Below, one piece after another: positions 25,815 to 30,813 of a DNA stretch of 30,813 nucleotides. Each line of letters begins with the position of its first letter. Position 1 is the stretch's first letter. The DNA lies in NCBI GenBank assembly GCA_964014485.1, contig CAXHAT010000086.1:1-30813 (forward strand). The letters run 5' to 3'. Below the pieces are notes generated by a model that ran no database searches, was not told the origin of the DNA, and was given only the letters and a program-made list of their open reading frames with translations. This DNA comes from an uncultured Deferribacteres bacterium. Lineage in GTDB: Bacteria; Zhuqueibacterota; Zhuqueibacteria; Zhuqueibacterales; Geothermadaptataceae. Both the position numbers and the translations under genes were made by a program.

Positions 25815-27785
25815 TTATTCGTGGTTTGGCGGTTGAGCAAAAGCTCGAAACGCCTCGAGTTGGGCGCCGTCACACAAGACGGCGGCCACATCGTTTTCTT
25901 CAAATTGAAAACTTGCATCGGGGTTGGGGCGCAGGTCGTCGCCGCGAATAACGCCAACGACCGACGCGCCCGTCATGGTGCGAATTTTTAATTCCAATAT
26001 CGTTTTGCCGACGAACGAACTCCCGTCGGGCAAAGCGACCCAGTTCAATTCTATCAAATTCGACGCACGCTGCAGTTGCGCCAGCGTCTCGTATTTTTTG
26101 TGTTTTTGATAAAGCGGTGCATATAATTCTTTGCGCACAGCGTCGGTGTATTGCTGAATCTTCGTCGCGGGAATGTTCAAATGCAGCAGAACCTGTCTGG
26201 TAATTTCCAGGTTGGCTTCAAATTCCGGCTGGACAACTTCATACGCTCCATGATCATGCAGCACCTTCATTTGCTGCACGCCGGCCGCGCGCGCGACGAT
26301 ATGCAAAACTGGATTTATGCGACGCATTTGATCGATGATGCTTTGCGCTACAATCGTTGAAGGAACAGTAATCAGCGCAAATCTCGCTTGGCGAATGTCA
26401 GCGGCTTTTAGGACGATTTCATGACTGGCGTCTCCAAATACAGCCGGGAATGCTTCTAACTTCGCCTGCTCGACGCGTCGAGAATCGAATTCAATTATCA
26501 CAAAATCCAGGCCAAGGCGCTGCAGAACCACGGAAATATGCCGCCCGGTTCGTCCGTAGCCGACGATGACAATGTGGTTTTGCAGGCCATCTTTAGGCAG
26601 GTTAATGGATTGAATCGGTTCGTGTTTAAATCGTCGTCTCCGAAAGGCGTACAACGGCGCCGTCAAGCCGGAGACGAACGGCGTCAAAGTCATGGTGACG
26701 ATCGCGGAATTGAGCACGAGCGAATAAAGCTCCCGGCTGATCGAATTCGTGCTGAGACCGACGCGCGCCAGTACGAATGAGAATTCCCCAACTTGAAAAA
26801 GCCCCAGACCGACGGCCAAAGGAATGACGTTTCGATAGCGAAAAATGGGGGCCAGCGTTCCGAAAATGAGCGCTTTGCCTACAGAAATAATCAGCACGAC
26901 CAACAATACCGTCGTCCAATTTTTCACCAAAAAAAGTGGATCGAACAACATCCCCACCGACACAAAAAACAACATCGCAAACAAATCGCGCACTGGAATT
27001 ATGTCGCTCAACGCCTGATGCCCGTAATCCGATTCACTTAGAACCATCCCGGCCACAAAGGCGCCAAAAGCAAAGGACAGGCCGAATAGGTAGGTCGCGT
27101 ACCCCACGCCCAACCCAATGGCGGTCACGGCCAGAAGAAAAAGCTCGCGCGAATTTCCTTTTGCGATGTAGGTCATGAAGCGCGGCAGGACGCGGGTGCC
27201 GAGAAAAATCATGCCTGCGAGGAAAATGGCGGCGCGCAGAGCGGCGAATCCCAGCGCAGGCAGACCAGTTTCCGGGCTGTTCAACTGCGGCAGAATGATC
27301 ATCATCGGCACAATCGCCAAATCCTGAACGATCAGCATGCCGATCATGACCCTGCTCGAAAGCGTGCCGATCCGCCCCTGATTCATCAGCGTTTTTAAGG
27401 TCACCATCGTGCTGGAAAGGGAGATCAGCGCGCCCAGCCACAATGACTCGATCACGCTCAAGTTCAAAAACATTCCGATCCCAAACCCCAGGCCGATGGT
27501 CAGCAAAATCTGGATGGGCGTGCCGATCAGCGCGATGCTGCGAACCGGCTTCAAATCCTTGAGCGAGAATTCCAGCCCCAATGCGAAAAGCAGGAGCGCT
27601 ACGCCGATCTCAGCCAGCAATTCAATATCATGAAGTTCGGAGATCGGAATGACGCCGGTATACGGGCCAACGGCAACGCCCGCCAAAATATAGCCCAAAA
27701 TCAGAGGCTGTCTCAATTGCCGGGCAATTAATCCGCCGATTAAGCCCGCGATAATGATAATTGAAATATCCGCTGCTATGCCCAT
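25815..27785 (-). CDS. CPA2 cation:proton antiporter (YbaL/Kef-like) with TrkA_N and TrkA_C domains
   Basis: [48 protein letters not shown] and IVGYGRTG, plus a C-terminal RCK_C. Confidence 0.93.
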   Translation of the reverse strand: MGIAADISIIIIAGLIGGLIARQLRQPLILGYILAGVAVGPYTGVIPISELHDIELLAEIGVALLLFALGLEFSLKDLKPVRSIALIGTPIQILLTIGLGFGIGMFLNLSVIESLWLGALISLSSTMVTLKTLMNQGRIGTLSSRVMIGMLIVQDLAIVPMMIILPQLNSPETGLPALGFAALRAAIFLAGMIFLGTRVLPRFMTYIAKGNSRELFLLAVTAIGLGVGYATYLFGLSFAFGAFVAGMVLSESDYGHQALSDIIPVRDLFAMLFFVSVGMLFDPLFLVKNWTTVLLVVLIISVGKALIFGTLAPIFRYRNVIPLAVGLGLFQVGEFSFVLARVGLSTNSISRELYSLVLNSAIVTMTLTPFVSGLTAPLYAFRRRRFKHEPIQSINLPKDGLQNHIVIVGYGRTGRHISVVLQRLGLDFVIIEFDSRRVEQAKLEAFPAVFGDASHEIVLKAADIRQARFALITVPSTIVAQSIIDQMRRINPVLHIVARAAGVQQMKVLHDHGAYEVVQPEFEANLEITRQVLLHLNIPATKIQQYTDAVRKELYAPLYQKHKKYETLAQLQRASNLIELNWVALPDGSSFVGKTILELKIRTMTGASVVGVIRGDDLRPNPDASFQFEENDVAAVLCDGAQLEAFRAFAQPPNHE

Positions 27786-27813
27786 AAATCGCTGCTTGCC
27801 TTAAGTGAGCTTT

Positions 27814-28284
27814 TCACAAAAATTCTCGCCATTTCTCAGACTCGGCCACGCGCTTGACGATGCGATTCCGAGCCGTTAGAAATCCGCGCATATATTTGGT
27901 CAAAAACAATCGATTTGCGGCTAATCCCAAAACGCCGAACGGCGCTTCGAACGTGAACGCGTCGCGCACATTTGTCCCCGCCGATGTTTCTGCAAAAAAG
28001 TGGTCGTGATCGAAGCGTTTGAACGCGCCTTTGACCATGGAATCGCGGAAGTGACGCGGGCGGTCGTAGATCGTGATCTGTGCGGTAAGATTTTGCCAAA
28101 TTCCCAAATGTCGGGCGCGCCAAGTGACTTCTTCACCAAGCCCGATTAACCCATACGTCCGCCCGGCCACGGCTCGTTCGCCGGTTTGGCTAGTCGAGAA
28201 CATGTGTAAATCGATGCTTCGGGAAAGATCGAACACGCGCTCAATCGGCGCATCGATCATGAGTTCGATTTCGATTTTGGGCAT
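27814..28284 (-). CDS. SRPBCC family protein
   Basis: IDAPIERVFDLSRSIDLH, VTWRARHLG and FRDSMVKGAFKRFDHDHFF. Confidence 0.9.
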   Translation of the reverse strand: MPKIEIELMIDAPIERVFDLSRSIDLHMFSTSQTGERAVAGRTYGLIGLGEEVTWRARHLGIWQNLTAQITIYDRPRHFRDSMVKGAFKRFDHDHFFAETSAGTNVRDAFTFEAPFGVLGLAANRLFLTKYMRGFLTARNRIVKRVAESEKWREFL

Positions 28285-28359
28285 GGACTATACGGAGAAA
28301 GATTGACGAGCAGGTATTGGGGACGGGATCAGGATTTTTCGTGTAAAAAGAATGCTTCT

Positions 28360-29514
28360 TTACTCCGCCGTTTCTTCCAAAATGTCCAATGCTTTCACGG
28401 CCAGCTCGAACAAATGTTTGTGGGCGCGATTGCCGTTGGTCAAAATTGCGAAGCCGTGCTTTTTCTGCCGATTCCCGACCAGAAAAGCGGTGTAGCCCGG
28501 CACGCTGCCGCTGTGCGCAAAAAGCGTGTCGCCGTTGCGTTCGCTGATCCACCAGGTCAGGCCAAAACCGGTGGTTTCGTTCAGCCAGCCCGCGCTGATC
28601 GGCCCGGCGAATTGGTCGTATTGCCGCGTCATGATTTGATTCAAAGTCGCCTTGCTGATCACGTTTTTGCCTTTAAATTTGCCGTCGTTGAGATTGGCGA
28701 TGAGCCAGTTGGCCTGATTCAAAATCGTGCCGTAGACAATGCCCGCAGGCCACACGTCCGCCTTTAAACGCACCGTCGCTGCCGGCTTGCCGGTGGTCTG
28801 GTCGATGACATAGGGAATGGCCAGGCGCTCCTCCATTTCCGGGCGCGGCATGAATTCGGTGTCGTTCATTTCCAGCGGCTCGAAAATACGTTTTTTGATG
28901 TAGCTTTTGTAGTCTTCGCCGGAGAATTTTTCCAGCAGGTGCGCCATCAGTGCGTAGGCGATGTTGGAGTAAACCACTTCTTGCAGCGGCGGCTTTTGCA
29001 CCTTGAGATCGGCGGTCAGGTACTCTTCCAGCGATCTCGGCACGCTCTCGCCCCAAACCGGATGCGGCCCGAAAGCCACCGGCAGGCCGGACGTATGGGA
29101 GAACATGTGCCGAAAAGTCACCGGCTGCCCGTCGGTTTCGTTTTGAATTTTGAACTTTTCAAGATAGTCGTTGACCGCATCGTCGAGCTTGAATTTGCCC
29201 GCTTCCATTTGTTGCAAAAGCGCGGTCATCGACATGGCCTTGAACGTCGAACCGATGAGGTAAACCGTCTTGGGCACGGCGGGCGTTTTCGCCCAAATGT
29301 TCGAGTAGCCAAAGCCTTCCGCCCAAACAATTTCCTCCCCGCGCACCAACGCCGCGGTCGCTGAAGGAATATTCCCCGCCAACATCGCCCGCTGCACTTC
29401 AGCAGACATTTTCTCCGCCAACGCATTGTCAACGCCCTGTCTCGCATGAACAGGCAGCGCCAACAATACTGCAAAAAGCAAAGTAATCAAAAACGTCATT
29501 TTGGTCGATTTCAA
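28360..29514 (-). CDS. Exported serine hydrolase (beta-lactamase/AmpC-like family)
   Basis: SxxK (STFK), HTSGLP, YSN and HSG motifs; signal peptide. Start is TTG 29514 (GGAG upstream) or ATG 29499. Confidence 0.9.
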   Translation of the reverse strand: MKSTKMTFLITLLFAVLLALPVHARQGVDNALAEKMSAEVQRAMLAGNIPSATAALVRGEEIVWAEGFGYSNIWAKTPAVPKTVYLIGSTFKAMSMTALLQQMEAGKFKLDDAVNDYLEKFKIQNETDGQPVTFRHMFSHTSGLPVAFGPHPVWGESVPRSLEEYLTADLKVQKPPLQEVVYSNIAYALMAHLLEKFSGEDYKSYIKKRIFEPLEMNDTEFMPRPEMEERLAIPYVIDQTTGKPAATVRLKADVWPAGIVYGTILNQANWLIANLNDGKFKGKNVISKATLNQIMTRQYDQFAGPISAGWLNETTGFGLTWWISERNGDTLFAHSGSVPGYTAFLVGNRQKKHGFAILTNGNRAHKHLFELAVKALDILEETAE

Positions 29515-29574
29515 AATGCAACTCCAGTAAAAACGGTGAGAACACTGAGTATTTTAATTCGGGCGGCGCCCAAC

Positions 29575-30813
29575 TGTCGTTCTGGAAGAATCTTTTTTGC
29601 CATCAAGATTTGAACGTTTTCTATTCACTGAAACCGCCTTGAGGAAGAACCGCTGCAGCAACAAGACTCGGAGAACTTTTCACCAAAAATACGGCTTCGA
29701 TGCTCGCGATTAAAAAGGATTCTTACAGAATAACATCGCGAGGGGTGAGTGTAGGTTGGTTGGTATTAAACCGAGAGAAAATTCCAGGAAGGGTTTTTCG
29801 TTGCGATCAATTCATTCTTCTTTTCGCGCGTCATGTTTTTGATTTCCTTCTCCCGCATGATCGCACGTTCGATGTCCGAAAAATGCTCGAAGTAGATGAG
29901 TTTGAAGCAATAGTATTTCCCGGCGAAAGTCTCAGGTTTGCCCCGGTTGAAATAATGCCGTTTGAGCCGCAAAGGGATGTTGTTTGTTACGCCGGTGTAG
30001 AGCGTTGTTTTGCCCGGGTTTGTGGTGATGTAGACGTAGTAATTTCCAGCGCTCATGGTGACGCCATGTTATTATTCAAACTCGCCCAAATATGTCATTC
30101 TGTCAAGAATCTTTTTTGCGTTCAAGATCAGAACATCTTGTTTTTTCTGAAACCGCCTTGAGGAAGAGCTGAGAAAGCGACAGGTTCGGAGAACTTTTCA
30201 CCAAAAATACGGCTTCGAGACTCGCGATTAAAAAGGATTCTTACAGAATGACATTTTGGGCAAAGGGAGAAAAACGGAGAGCACGCTTTCTACCGCCGAC
30301 CGCGCCAAGCGTGTCATTCTGTTAAGAATCCTTTTTGCGTTCAAGGTCAGAACGTTTCCTTTTCACTGAAACAGACATAAGAAAGAATTGCTGAAACGAC
30401 AAGGTTCGGAAAACGAGTCGTCGAGAATACAACTTCAAACTTTGCAACTAAAAAGGATTCCTACAGAATGACATTTGGGGCAAGGACGAGAAACGGGGGC
30501 ACGCATTTTACCGCCGACTGCCCCAAGCGTGTCATTCTGCCAAGAATCTTTTTTGCGTTTAGGATTAGAACGTTTCCCTTTCACTGGAACCGCCGTAAGG
30601 AAGAACGGCTGAAGCGACAGGGTTCGGAGCATGATTCGGTAAAAAGACGGTTTCAGTCTTCGCGATTAAAAAGGATTCTTACAGAATGACATTTGGGCAA
30701 AGGACGAGAAACGGGGGCGCGCATTTTACCGCCGACCGCCCCAAGCATGTCATTCTGTAAGAATCTTTTTTGCGTTTAGGATTAGAACGTTTCCCTTTCA
30801 CTGGAACCGCCGT
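29575..30813. repeat. Tandem array of ~161-bp TGTC-tagged palindromic units
   Basis: Units at 29575-29735, 30093-30253, 30312-30473, 30530-30691 and 30748-end. Each is bounded by TGTCATTCTG..AAGAATCTTTTTT / AAAAAGGATTC(T/C)TACAGAATGACA. Period is 218-219 bp. Confidence 0.92.
29766..30056 (-). CDS. Small GIY-YIG nuclease family protein
   Basis: 96 aa; YYVYITTN..LYTGVTNN...RL..H, F.GKY...LIYFE.F and AIMREKEIK. Confidence 0.92.
   Translation of the reverse strand: MSAGNYYVYITTNPGKTTLYTGVTNNIPLRLKRHYFNRGKPETFAGKYYCFKLIYFEHFSDIERAIMREKEIKNMTREKKNELIATKNPSWNFLSV

Noticed and set aside
28360..29514. Antibiotic-resistance beta-lactamase
   Set aside because: The motifs fit the broad serine hydrolase family (HSG rather than KTG). 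Nothing supports a resistance function.
29575..30813. CRISPR array
   Set aside because: Units are ~218 bp with homologous interiors and linkers rather than unique spacers, and no cas genes are present.

Overview
Bacterial chromosomal window of about 50% GC. It probably comes from an FCB-group organism (Calditrichota/KSB1-like), inferred from two secreted proteins with 'QNYPNPF' T9SS-type C-terminal domains. It holds about 24 genes: rtcA; a HipA-like kinase/DUF3037 pair; a CotH-kinase/lamin-tail secreted protein; a repeat-domain secreted protein; a Tat-exported TIM barrel; an AT-rich two-gene cassette (HExxH lipoprotein plus hypothetical); a five-gene operon (EhpF/GriC-like ligase, ALDH-like protein, exported intradiol-dioxygenase-like protein, Fe-ADH, PQQ-like propeller); YceH; class II DAHP synthase; YihY; a propeller protein; a CPA2 antiporter; SRPBCC; a serine hydrolase; and a small GIY-YIG nuclease. 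The most striking feature is dense colonisation by at least seven families of palindromic REP/MITE-like elements. These include a ~218-bp-period tandem array whose first linker is replaced by the GIY-YIG gene, nested insertions (one with an 8-bp target-site duplication), a direct-repeat pair bracketing the AT-rich cassette, and palindromes sitting in frame inside the signal-peptide regions of two genes. A promoter-to-terminator-delimited ~75-nt sRNA candidate lies upstream of yihY. No CRISPR, rRNA or tRNA was seen. All family calls come from motif recognition by eye, not database searches.
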